A DNA stretch of 64,000 bases, from assembly GCA_029260115.1 (NCBI GenBank), contig JAJDDW010000010.1, positions 695 to 64,694 of the forward strand. Reading direction: 5' to 3'. The translations under genes and the position numbers were made by a program. The stretch comes from Phycisphaerae bacterium. GTDB lineage: Bacteria > Planctomycetota > Phycisphaerae > UBA1845. Shown here in pieces: positions 45,403-53,876 of this stretch (position 1 is its first letter; each line of letters begins with the position of its first letter). Below the pieces are notes generated by a model that saw only the letters and a list, made by a program, of their open reading frames with translations, searched no databases and was not told the origin of the DNA.

Positions 45403-47691
45403 CTACACGAATAACCGGGAGGCAACGACAAACGTCACCCATGCCCCCAGGTAAGCCAGCGTCGTCATATACACAAACGTAAATATAGGCCAGCGCCACG
45501 AACGGGTTTCGCGTTTGATCGCAGCTAAGGTGCCACCACACTGACAACAAAGGGCAAAAAATACCATAATCGAAAGCGCAACTGGAAGATTGTAAATCGG
45601 TTGACCATTGGGATGTCGCGACGATCGCAGCTTCTCGCGCAAACCGACCGATTGCTCATCCACATTTTCGCCTAAATTATAAATCGTACCCATCGTAGCG
45701 ATCATAACCTCTCGCGCAGGAAAAGCCGCCAACACTGCGGTCCCCATACGCCAATCCCAACCCAGGGGCGCAACGACCGGCTCAATCCATCGACCCATGC
45801 GCCCGAGAACGCTTTGCCGTAAATATTCCCCTGCTTCATCCTGATCGATGCGATACAGTTGCGTATTCATCTGTAAGTCGAGTTCATCTAACGCAACAGT
45901 GTTCCCATCTTCCGCGATATCGTTCGCTTGTTCTATTTGCGATACCGCTGCGCCGTGTGCGGATACGATCTCCTGCCTTTGAGCTTCATGGGCTATGGCA
46001 ATTGACTCAGCATGTGGATAGTAACCCAAGGCCCAAACGACCACTGTAACTGCAAAAATAATCGTTCCGGCTGAAACGCAAAACTCCCGGGCTTGTTCGT
46101 AAGCTCGATGAAAAACCGTGCGCACCTTTGGCCAGCGATACGGTGGCATCTCCATTAGAAAAGGCTGCGGATCACCTTTGAGTATGGTCCGTTTGGCTAG
46201 CATCGCGACCAGAATAGCCACGACCGTTCCGACCATGTACATCGCAAGCAACACGAGCGCCTGCAGGCCAATCACGCCACCGAGCAATTGCGAGTCGGGA
46301 ACAAAAGCGCCAATAAATAACATGTAAACAGGTAAACGCGCGGAGCAGCTCATCAGCGGCGCGATAAGCATCGTAACAATTCGTGCCCGGCGATCCCCAA
46401 TGGTGCGCGTTGCTAAAATGCCCGGTACTGCGCAGGCAAACGAAGATAACAACGGAATAAACGATTTTCCGCCTAACCCAATCAATCCCATCCAACGATC
46501 GAGTAAAAAAGCTGCCCGAGACATGTACCCGCAATCTTCCATCACGGCCAGGAATAAAAACAGAATGACAATTTGCGGCAAGAACACCAGCACCGCCCCA
46601 ACCCCAGCTATCGCGCCATCAACAATCAAACTTTGTAACGGACCAACGGGCAACCACGCGGATACCATCTCACCGCCCGCAGCTATCGCCGAGTCCACCG
46701 CATCCATGATCGGTGTAGACCATGCGTAAATCGATTGAAAGCAGGCCCCCATCAATATCGCCAAAATAGCCAATCCCAACACGCGATGCGTGAGAATTTG
46801 ATCTGCCTTAGCCGTACCCGTTGGCCTACCCTCATCCCGCTTGACCGTTTCTGCGATCAAGCGATCAATCCAAGCGTATCGCACATCGCCTTCGATAGAA
46901 GCTAGTGAGTAGCCATTATCCACCACGGCCTTACGTTGTTCGCGCAGCAAGGATCGAAAATCTTCACCACATCTCATTCCCCATCGCTGTTCGTGATAGC
47001 CGCCATCGCCTAGAAGCGTTTGTAGTAACTCCGCGTTAAACGCCGAACGATCCTTGCCATTAGCGACGGGAGCTAATCCATCATGCATAGACTCAACAGC
47101 AGACATAACAGGGTAAGGCCAATCCAAGCCCATGCTAACGCTAGGCGATTCCACCGCCTCATCGATAGCCTGACAAAGCAAAGCCAAGCCTTTTTGTTTC
47201 GTAGCCACGATGGGGATAACGGGGCAACCGAGTCTGAGAGATAAGCGCTCGGCATCAACATGGACGCGCGACCTCTGCGCTAAGTCTACCATGTTTAGCG
47301 CAATGACCGTCGGTCGATTCAATTCAAGTATTTGAGAAACTAAAAATAGGTTTGCACGCGGATTGGTCGCGTCGATGACGATAACAATGACATCAGGCAC
47401 ATCCACATCGGCAAGCTCGCCCAATAACGCATCCAACACAATCGCCTCATCTGCAGAGTGGGCAGCTAAGCTATAAGTTCCAGGTAAGTCGAGAAGCGTA
47501 AGTGGCGTAAGGCCATATTCGCTGCGAATCTGACCGCTACGCGTATCCACCGTAACGCCGGGATAATTACCGACTCGGCAGCGATAGCCTGTAAGGGCGT
47601 TGAAGAGTGTAGTCTTGCCGGTGTTGGGATTACCCGCCAAGGCTACCAGCTTGTGACGACTAGCTGGCTGTTGCGCTACGTGGGTAGACAT
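45403..47691 (-). CDS. feoB: Ferrous iron transporter FeoB
   Basis: N-terminal G domain (GNPNTGKTTLFNALTG, DLPGTYS, NMVD) followed by the polytopic FeoB membrane domain. Confidence 0.95.
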   Translation of the reverse strand: MSTHVAQQPASRHKLVALAGNPNTGKTTLFNALTGYRCRVGNYPGVTVDTRSGQIRSEYGLTPLTLLDLPGTYSLAAHSADEAIVLDALLGELADVDVPDVIVIVIDATNPRANLFLVSQILELNRPTVIALNMVDLAQRSRVHVDAERLSLRLGCPVIPIVATKQKGLALLCQAIDEAVESPSVSMGLDWPYPVMSAVESMHDGLAPVANGKDRSAFNAELLQTLLGDGGYHEQRWGMRCGEDFRSLLREQRKAVVDNGYSLASIEGDVRYAWIDRLIAETVKRDEGRPTGTAKADQILTHRVLGLAILAILMGACFQSIYAWSTPIMDAVDSAIAAGGEMVSAWLPVGPLQSLIVDGAIAGVGAVLVFLPQIVILFLFLAVMEDCGYMSRAAFLLDRWMGLIGLGGKSFIPLLSSFACAVPGILATRTIGDRRARIVTMLIAPLMSCSARLPVYMLFIGAFVPDSQLLGGVIGLQALVLLAMYMVGTVVAILVAMLAKRTILKGDPQPFLMEMPPYRWPKVRTVFHRAYEQAREFCVSAGTIIFAVTVVVWALGYYPHAESIAIAHEAQRQEIVSAHGAAVSQIEQANDIAEDGNTVALDELDLQMNTQLYRIDQDEAGEYLRQSVLGRMGRWIEPVVAPLGWDWRMGTAVLAAFPAREVMIATMGTIYNLGENVDEQSVGLREKLRSSRHPNGQPIYNLPVALSIMVFFALCCQCGGTLAAIKRETRSWRWPIFTFVYMTTLAYLGAWVTFVVASRLFV

Positions 47692-47809
47692 TCGTGAAAA
47701 TCAGCCCGTTGTGGTATTTGTGTTGCGACATGTCGCATCACAAAAAAATTCCAGCCCTGAGGTTTTCTCAACTCAACAAGAAGAAAACCAATTATGATTG
47801 ATCTATAAA

Positions 47810-48052
47810 TTAGAGTCCGCTAGCTGCTGAGAGTAGGATCACCTCTTGATGACCAAGTCCCAGGCCGACAAGTCGATCATCGATGCGCACAATACAAGGC
47901 TTGCCGCAACGAACCATGGTAATCGAAGCCCCATCTACGAACCCCAAGTCTGCAAGGCGTTTCGCGCCAGTCCGGTGATTATCGATAGCCGACACATAGG
48001 CTGAATCACCAACCCGCAACTGCCGAAGGCTCCGCCCTCCCTGACTCACCAT
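47810..48052 (-). CDS. feoA: Ferrous iron transport protein FeoA
   Basis: SH3-like FeoA pattern (LRQLRVGDSAYV...RLADLGFVDGASITMV...CIVRIDDRLVGLG). ATG at 48052, preceded by GAGGAG. The track ORF starts at 48118. Confidence 0.85.
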   Translation of the reverse strand: MVSQGGRSLRQLRVGDSAYVSAIDNHRTGAKRLADLGFVDGASITMVRCGKPCIVRIDDRLVGLGLGHQEVILLSAASGL

Positions 48053-48123
48053 AATAGTCTCCTCACATCCACGCTCAGTTTCCATCTCTACAATGATCGA
48101 TGCTGGCCTCACTGTCAATAGTT

Positions 48124-48138
48124 GAGACTCAGTCTCAC
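48124..48138. promoter_or_regulatory. Perfect 15 bp palindrome TGAGACTCAGTCTCA abutting a TATAAT box upstream of feoA
   Basis: Read directly. On the minus strand the sequence is TACTATAATTTAGTGAGACTGAGTCTCAAC, which puts the palindrome 5 nt downstream of a TATAAT hexamer and about 72 nt upstream of the feoA ATG. Confidence 0.4.
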
Positions 48139-48342
48139 TAAATTATAGTAAACCAATACGGTTTTCGACCCGCACGCCGCGTGCCATGGCTTATCACAGT
48201 AGAAAAATCGCACAAACAGCACTGCAGAGCCTCAAATGCGTAGAATTGAGGTCTAGGCCCTAGATAGGTGGAATATGCTCTACTGAGAAGCCGGTGAAAT
48301 GCGATTTCGAATTATCGGACTATCGAGTAGACATGTAGCTGA

Positions 48343-48495
48343 TTCTTTTTGTCTCCATTTGGGCAACAAGATAGCAATCTTCAACGAACAATCACTAGCA
48401 CGACGGCTAACGAATTTTTTTGCTTTGATGCTGTTGGTTTTGGAGACGTTAACAACGATGGGGCCATCGATTACATAGAATTAACCGCGACTTAG
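48343..48495 (+). pseudogene. Start-less ORF remnant ending in a dockerin / FG-GAP-like Ca-binding motif
   Basis: The frame is open from a TGA at 48340-48342 to a TAG at 48493-48495. It encodes ...CFDAVGFGDVNNDGAIDYIELTAT*. There is no start codon or N-terminal domain. Confidence 0.3.
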
Positions 48496-48525
48496 CATCG
48501 CGTCTTTGTGCTCGCACGCGGCGAT

Positions 48526-48882
48526 TCATTCAGGCCAGCGTTCAAGCGTTGCGGTCACGCGCAGCGAAACGATCTCAACATCGGCGTCTTCTAAGTTTTT
48601 AACTGACTGCTGTATCAACTGATTTCTTATCGATGTCTTGAAAAATTCTTGCGTTGAAAATTGATCCACGATAATACGGATATCTTCACCTCTTACATGA
48701 CAGACAACGAAGCGATCAATTACCGCATCATCTTGTTCATATCCAGCCACTTGAACGGTATGGGCAGCGGCTTCAAATAATGTTAACATCGCCGCACGAA
48801 GGCGATCAAAATCCAATGTTGTCAGACGATCATTATAATCTATGCAATTATCGAAAAGCGTTTCGCGGATTAGCTCAATCAT
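48526..48882 (-). CDS. Hypothetical cytoplasmic protein (118 aa)
   Basis: ATG-initiated ORF 41 nt downstream of the kinase-NDT fusion gene, on the same strand. No family recognised. Confidence 0.6.
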   Translation of the reverse strand: MIELIRETLFDNCIDYNDRLTTLDFDRLRAAMLTLFEAAAHTVQVAGYEQDDAVIDRFVVCHVRGEDIRIIVDQFSTQEFFKTSIRNQLIQQSVKNLEDADVEIVSLRVTATLERWPE

Positions 48883-48923
48883 AACTTAGTGTCCGGGTGA
48901 TGATCGCAACGCAGGCGTCCGCG

Positions 48924-50093
48924 TCAGTCCATTCTCAATTGGTGATCGCCAATATAGTCGCAGCTTTGAAAATAATCGAAAAGCTCAGGCAACGTGCGAA
49001 ATACTCGGGTAGCAGTCTCAGTGACGAATGGCGAAGGCTCGCAATCGGCTCGCCAGATGACGAAGACTTCCTTGGTGCTCTCAAACGCATGCTGCAATTC
49101 ACGCTCTACGCCCGAAGACAGCGCTGGCCGACCGTCGGGAAGTACGGGAATGTAGCTAACGATCATATCTGATTGGTCAATCAATTTAAAATCACGGGCG
49201 TAAATTTGCGCGTCAATGTCGTGGGCAATCTGAGAAATTTCCAACACACTGATTGAAATTTCGCGCCCATTGACATTGAGGTCCACGGATTGCTCCCCGC
49301 GCTTAGTGGCCTCACCAGCATCATATAGAAGGCGCTTTTCATCCAAGTCTGCCGGATCAAACGTGATGAAATGTTCGGCTAGGGATGCTCGAAAAGATTC
49401 GATCTCAGCCATGATTTCCGGCAGCTCCAGCACGTGGGTCATGGGGAAAGAAGGATAAACCCGCTTTCGATGCTGTTCGAACATCAAGCGATACAGCGAT
49501 TGCGCCGCGACCGATGTATTCTCCCGGGCAACGACATAAGCGCAACCAAAACCAGACACCGCCTCAGCCATGGCTTCGGTAACGACAATTTCTTCTTCCC
49601 GCCAAACGAGAATATCCTTGAGCGTATGACGCACGCGATGCGCACGTGTGAGTCGTTCGTGAATCGCATCTACATTATCGACTAATATAATATACAGATC
49701 AGCATCGAGCTGAGCCATCTGCTCGTGGTCGTAAGCGTGAAACAAGCCATGCTTCCAGCGAAACGTGGCGTGCGTGTTGACGATGATGTTATTCCCAGCC
49801 TCCGCGGAGGCGAGCACGTCCTTGAAAACACTACGACGTAGTGATGTTAGCCGTTGCCGAGGAAGATCGAGAATGCGTCCAGCGGAAATGTCGGGCGCTT
49901 CCGCGTACATACGGTCGCCGACATTAAACAATTCGACCTCGTGACCATTGTCTGCGGCGAGTCGAACCACTTCGTCAAGAAATGGTTTCTTATCAACACC
50001 GACTTGCCCTGTAACAACGACACGCACACCGTGATGTCGTGGTGGGCGTTTTCCATCAAACAGGGAACGGCCGACTCCAGGAGTTTGCTGCAT
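48924..50093 (-). CDS. Fusion protein: archaeal-type adenylate-kinase-like domain plus nucleoside 2-deoxyribosyltransferase/DNPH1-like domain
   Basis: The N-terminal half parallels AdkA-type kinases: VVVTGQVGVDKK (degenerate P-loop), ELFNVGDRMYAEA, NIIVNTHATFRWKHGLF and DLYIILVDNVDAIHERL. The C-terminal half carries an NDT/Rcl-like pattern: RVYPSFPM..., DFKLIDQSDMIVSYIP....ALSSGVERELQHAFESTKEVFVIW. Confidence 0.6.
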   Translation of the reverse strand: MQQTPGVGRSLFDGKRPPRHHGVRVVVTGQVGVDKKPFLDEVVRLAADNGHEVELFNVGDRMYAEAPDISAGRILDLPRQRLTSLRRSVFKDVLASAEAGNNIIVNTHATFRWKHGLFHAYDHEQMAQLDADLYIILVDNVDAIHERLTRAHRVRHTLKDILVWREEEIVVTEAMAEAVSGFGCAYVVARENTSVAAQSLYRLMFEQHRKRVYPSFPMTHVLELPEIMAEIESFRASLAEHFITFDPADLDEKRLLYDAGEATKRGEQSVDLNVNGREISISVLEISQIAHDIDAQIYARDFKLIDQSDMIVSYIPVLPDGRPALSSGVERELQHAFESTKEVFVIWRADCEPSPFVTETATRVFRTLPELFDYFQSCDYIGDHQLRMD

Positions 50094-50112
50094 GAGGGAA
50101 ACTTAGATGAGG

Positions 50113-50670
50113 TTAAAATTCGAGCGGGTCGCCGAACTCGGCCACCCAGTAAATGGAACCATCGCTTCCGGTGCGAACAGCAACGCCAGCCTCTTTCCAA
50201 TTTTGACCGAGAATGATTTCGCGATGAGTTTCGCTTTCCATCCACAGACGAACGACATCCGCTGCGCTCTCCTGCCCTTCAGCTAAGTTCTCGCCCACCA
50301 TGTAGAAGCGATATTTTCCCGCCACCGATCGATTTGCAGGGCCATCATCCGTAATTGGATCGCGATGACCAAAGAAACCCAACTCGATCATCCGGCAAGC
50401 ATAGTCGGAAGCGACATTGGTTAATTTGTTATTGTTGGCTATCGGAGAAATTCCTTCGGCGGCGCGTTCAAGATTGATTAATTGAAAGGCTTGGTCGGCT
50501 AATAGATTAGCCTCTCCAGTCGTCATGCACTTGGCTGGCTCGGAATCTTGGGCTTTGAAATTCTCTGGCGGCGTGTATTGGCTAAAGCAACCGGTGCTCA
50601 ATGAGAGCATCGCAGCTAAGCCTAATCGCGTCGGCGACAACCTAATTTTCCATTGGCCGATAACCTGCAT
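50113..50670 (-). CDS. CAP/SCP/PR-1 domain lipoprotein
   Basis: CAP motifs GFFGHRDP, VGENLAEG and W...SETHREIIL. Lipobox LSLSTGC. ATG at 50670, preceded by GGAAGGG. The track ORF extends to 50766. Confidence 0.8.
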   Translation of the reverse strand: MQVIGQWKIRLSPTRLGLAAMLSLSTGCFSQYTPPENFKAQDSEPAKCMTTGEANLLADQAFQLINLERAAEGISPIANNNKLTNVASDYACRMIELGFFGHRDPITDDGPANRSVAGKYRFYMVGENLAEGQESAADVVRLWMESETHREIILGQNWKEAGVAVRTGSDGSIYWVAEFGDPLEF

Positions 50671-50926
50671 AATGCCCTTCCGCTTTGATAATGCAACGCC
50701 CACCATTGTATGTCGGCTTATCCGTCTAAACAAGCAAATTGCTTGAGCTAGTAAGTAGTGATGCAATTGTTACACACACAAACGAATAACCAAGCATTAC
50801 GGGTAAATAACGCCAGCATCATTAATAATCACAATACACTGAGCAGCCTTGCAAATGGCAAAAAACCGTGATTGATTGTCCGAAAACGCCGAAATCCTGC
50901 GTAATGTACGTGAACAGGCCCGCGAA

Positions 50927-52498
50927 TCAATTTTCTATATCGTCATCGTCAGATATAAACTGGGACAAATCGATCAAGCCCAAAGCAGCGAGCAGATCGA
51001 TCTGGGATTGGTTAAAGCGAACGACGGCGGAGGCATATCGTAGTCGGGCCTGGGTAGCGGCGTCCTGAGCTTGTAACACGTCTAACGTGGTCATGGCTCC
51101 GGCGCTCAGATTGGCCTCGGAGAGTCGCAACGCTTCTGCAGCAGATGAGACCTGATGGCTAGATAAATTCACCAACTCACTATTGGCTTTGCTTTCCTGC
51201 ACGGTTAGCACTACCTGAGACCGAACATTATCGAGCGCTCGATCTGCGTCATTGACCGCCTGGGCTTGCCGGGCTCCAGCCGTCTTGAGATCGCCTATTG
51301 AGGCTAACGTAAATCGCCAGCCTACACGGGCATTCGCACGCTGCTGATCGCTGAACGAAAACGTCTGGTCATTCCTGGAATTCCGAAGCCCGCCACCCGT
51401 TGCGTTATCAAACACGGCTCCAGCGGCGCGCGTCCCCAGGCTTTTATCCCCGCGATCAACGTTGTTGGCATGCGCGGTGATTCCACCATACTCATAACCA
51501 GCTTGAAATTGTGGCCCATACCCCCCCCACCAAGCTGAGCCAGTATCCGCAGTGATGGCCTCCATAAGTTCGCGCACACGCATGAGGTCCGGCCGAAATG
51601 CCAGGGCATAGCCTAACAAATCTTCTATCTCAACCGATTCACGCACCAGCCTAACTGGCGGCAACTCAGACAAGTTGGGGACTAACGTTACGGTTACGTC
51701 GAGGTGGAGTGTAACGCTCAATGCCACAGATGCGTCATAAAATGACTTCAAAGCAGATATAAAATCCTGCTGCCTCTGGGCCAGCCTAGCCTCAGCCCGT
51801 AAATCGTCGGCGAGCACGCCAGCACCGGTTTGGGTACGAAGTTTGGTAATGCGATGCAACTCTTCAGCTTCGGCTACGCCTTGGTGCATAGCTGACACCT
51901 GCGCCTGAGCGTAAACAAGATTGTAGAACTGTATAATCGCATGGCGAAGCGTTTGCTGCTGAACGGATCGCTCCTGAGATCGAGAAGCGGATAAACGTTT
52001 TTTAGCCGCAAGAATATCGTAGTACACCTGCCCAGGATTGATGATCCACTGAATAGCTATCGAAGGCTGAAACGTGTTGAATCCAACACCGACAATATTC
52101 CCCTCCGTCGCGCGAACACTTCCCTCTACGTGTTCAAACACTGCGGTGGGTACGATCGCGGGGAAAGCTGCCCCGACAGTGCTTTCCAGTCTGCCCTGAG
52201 ACGCGACCACCTGTTGGCGGGCGTTTTTGACTTCTAAATTATCTGCTAACGAAAGACGCGCGATCGACGATAGATCGACCGCAAACATCTCTGTGTACAT
52301 CGGTTTAATCTGAGAGGCGTCGAGCTGTAATGACTGCGAGGATTCGGCGACAGACTGCGGTAATAAATCCGGTCGCTGCGGCTCTTCAACGATTGGCTGA
52401 TGAGAAGCACATCCCGCTTGTGCGAAAACAATCGCCGCGATGACGCAGCCAAGTGTGCAAACTTTCCCAGGCTTTGCGATAAAAGCTATCATACACAT
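50927..52498 (-). CDS. TolC-family outer-membrane efflux protein
   Basis: Lipoprotein-like N-terminus. Duplicated TolC coiled-coil / beta-barrel repeat pattern (LSLADNLEVKNARQQV..., LDVLQAQDAATQARLRYASAVVRFNQSQIDLLAALG). Confidence 0.88.
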   Translation of the reverse strand: MCMIAFIAKPGKVCTLGCVIAAIVFAQAGCASHQPIVEEPQRPDLLPQSVAESSQSLQLDASQIKPMYTEMFAVDLSSIARLSLADNLEVKNARQQVVASQGRLESTVGAAFPAIVPTAVFEHVEGSVRATEGNIVGVGFNTFQPSIAIQWIINPGQVYYDILAAKKRLSASRSQERSVQQQTLRHAIIQFYNLVYAQAQVSAMHQGVAEAEELHRITKLRTQTGAGVLADDLRAEARLAQRQQDFISALKSFYDASVALSVTLHLDVTVTLVPNLSELPPVRLVRESVEIEDLLGYALAFRPDLMRVRELMEAITADTGSAWWGGYGPQFQAGYEYGGITAHANNVDRGDKSLGTRAAGAVFDNATGGGLRNSRNDQTFSFSDQQRANARVGWRFTLASIGDLKTAGARQAQAVNDADRALDNVRSQVVLTVQESKANSELVNLSSHQVSSAAEALRLSEANLSAGAMTTLDVLQAQDAATQARLRYASAVVRFNQSQIDLLAALGLIDLSQFISDDDDIEN

Positions 52499-52505
52499 AG
52501 TCCCC

Positions 52506-53837
52506 CTAGGAATCTGAAGCGAAAGCTATGATAGCTGCTCCGGATGTAACTGATCCACTCGTCGCAGTAATGACGGCTTCGTCGCCGCTTAAGCCTGAAA
52601 GAACTTCCGCCCAGATACCATCGTCGTAGCCAACATCAATTGGCATGGACTGCGCTTGGCCATTGGCGGCGACCATGACGATGGTTTGCTTATTATCCAT
52701 GCGAAGGGCTTTCGACGGAATCATCATAGCCTGCGTTTTTGATTCTAGTGCGATTGTCGCAGCCGCGTACATGCCAGGTGTCAAGTTTCCGGCACTGTTA
52801 TCAATATCAATTTCCGCTCGCATGGTGCGCGTGCTGGGCTTAATGGACGAGGCAATGCGCGTCATGGTCGCCTGAATGGGGCCCTGGTCCAATGCTTTTA
52901 CATCGATTGTAACAGATGCCCCCACTCGAACGAACGGCACATCCGTCTCGGAAATTTCAACGACTACGCGCATGCGATCTATCTTAGCTATCTGCAATAG
53001 CGAGGTAGTCATCCCCTCCTGGGCTGATCGGACAAATGCGCCATGATCGACATTGCGTTCGGTGATGACGCCATCAAACGGCGCGCGAATGCTCGCGTAT
53101 GTCATGAGCGTTCTAATTTTGTTGGTATTCGCTTGGGCGACCAAAGCCTGGGATTCCGCCACAGCGACATCTGCCTGGACCGCCTGGAGTTCAGAGGCTG
53201 CGCCTGAAACGTCGGCGTGAGCAATTTGCAATTGAGCCACAGCTATGGCATTGGCACTGCGTGCTTCGTCGACCGCCTGCTGAGGAATAGCTTTGCCTGC
53301 AAATAATTCCTCTTTTCTTTTGAGGTTAGCGGTTTCGAGTTCGCCTTCAGCTTCGTAACGTCGCACGCGCGCCTTAGCGATATTGACGTGCTGCTGGGCC
53401 TGAGCAACCTTGGCCTGCAGCGCCTGAACGCGACTAAGCTTAGCCTTGTGTACTGCTTGTACCTGCCGCAACTCATCAGCCATTTCTGGCACGCTAAGCT
53501 CGACGAGCACATCACCCTCTTTAACCTGACTACCAATGTTAACGTCAATTTTAGAAACGTACCCACTGGCTTTAGCATAAATATCTACAACTTCGTCAGC
53601 CATCAACGTCGCGGGACTGCACACTTCACGTTTCATAGGTCGGCGCACGGGCTTAGCCACCTCGACACGAACGGCTTTGCTAGCAGCTGCGCCACCTGGT
53701 TGCTGCGCATGAACAGTATCCGCATTGGCCCCAGCCAACAGTGCAAACACGGTGACACATGCAGCATAACGATATAACGAACCGCGAGTATTAACCCGCG
53801 TGGGCTCGCAATAAAAACGTAAGTTACATATTTTCAT
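52506..53837 (-). CDS. RND efflux periplasmic adaptor (membrane fusion protein)
   Basis: Lipoyl/barrel motifs (SGYVSKIDVNIGSQVKEGDVLVEL, IRAPFDGVITERNVD) and a long alpha-hairpin. Confidence 0.9.
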   Translation of the reverse strand: MKICNLRFYCEPTRVNTRGSLYRYAACVTVFALLAGANADTVHAQQPGGAAASKAVRVEVAKPVRRPMKREVCSPATLMADEVVDIYAKASGYVSKIDVNIGSQVKEGDVLVELSVPEMADELRQVQAVHKAKLSRVQALQAKVAQAQQHVNIAKARVRRYEAEGELETANLKRKEELFAGKAIPQQAVDEARSANAIAVAQLQIAHADVSGAASELQAVQADVAVAESQALVAQANTNKIRTLMTYASIRAPFDGVITERNVDHGAFVRSAQEGMTTSLLQIAKIDRMRVVVEISETDVPFVRVGASVTIDVKALDQGPIQATMTRIASSIKPSTRTMRAEIDIDNSAGNLTPGMYAAATIALESKTQAMMIPSKALRMDNKQTIVMVAANGQAQSMPIDVGYDDGIWAEVLSGLSGDEAVITATSGSVTSGAAIIAFASDS

Positions 53838-53876
53838 TTCTTTGTTCCAATCAATGTCAAGCTAACCACGTGAATA

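Noticed and set aside
45392-45550. N-terminal 53 codons of the 129 aa track ORF 45161-45550
   Set aside because: This part overlaps the 3' end of feoB in another frame. The internal ATG at 45391, just after the feoB stop, gives a typical FeoB-associated Cys-rich small membrane protein.
51521-51528. C8/G8 homopolymer inside the TolC-family gene, with similar G7-G8 runs in mrp (about 19166) and cca (about 33264)
   Set aside because: The runs encode conserved Gly/Trp-Gly residues (AWWGGYG in TolC; the GKGGVGKS P-loop in mrp) and are in frame. They are most simply a codon-choice consequence, not evidence of phase variation.
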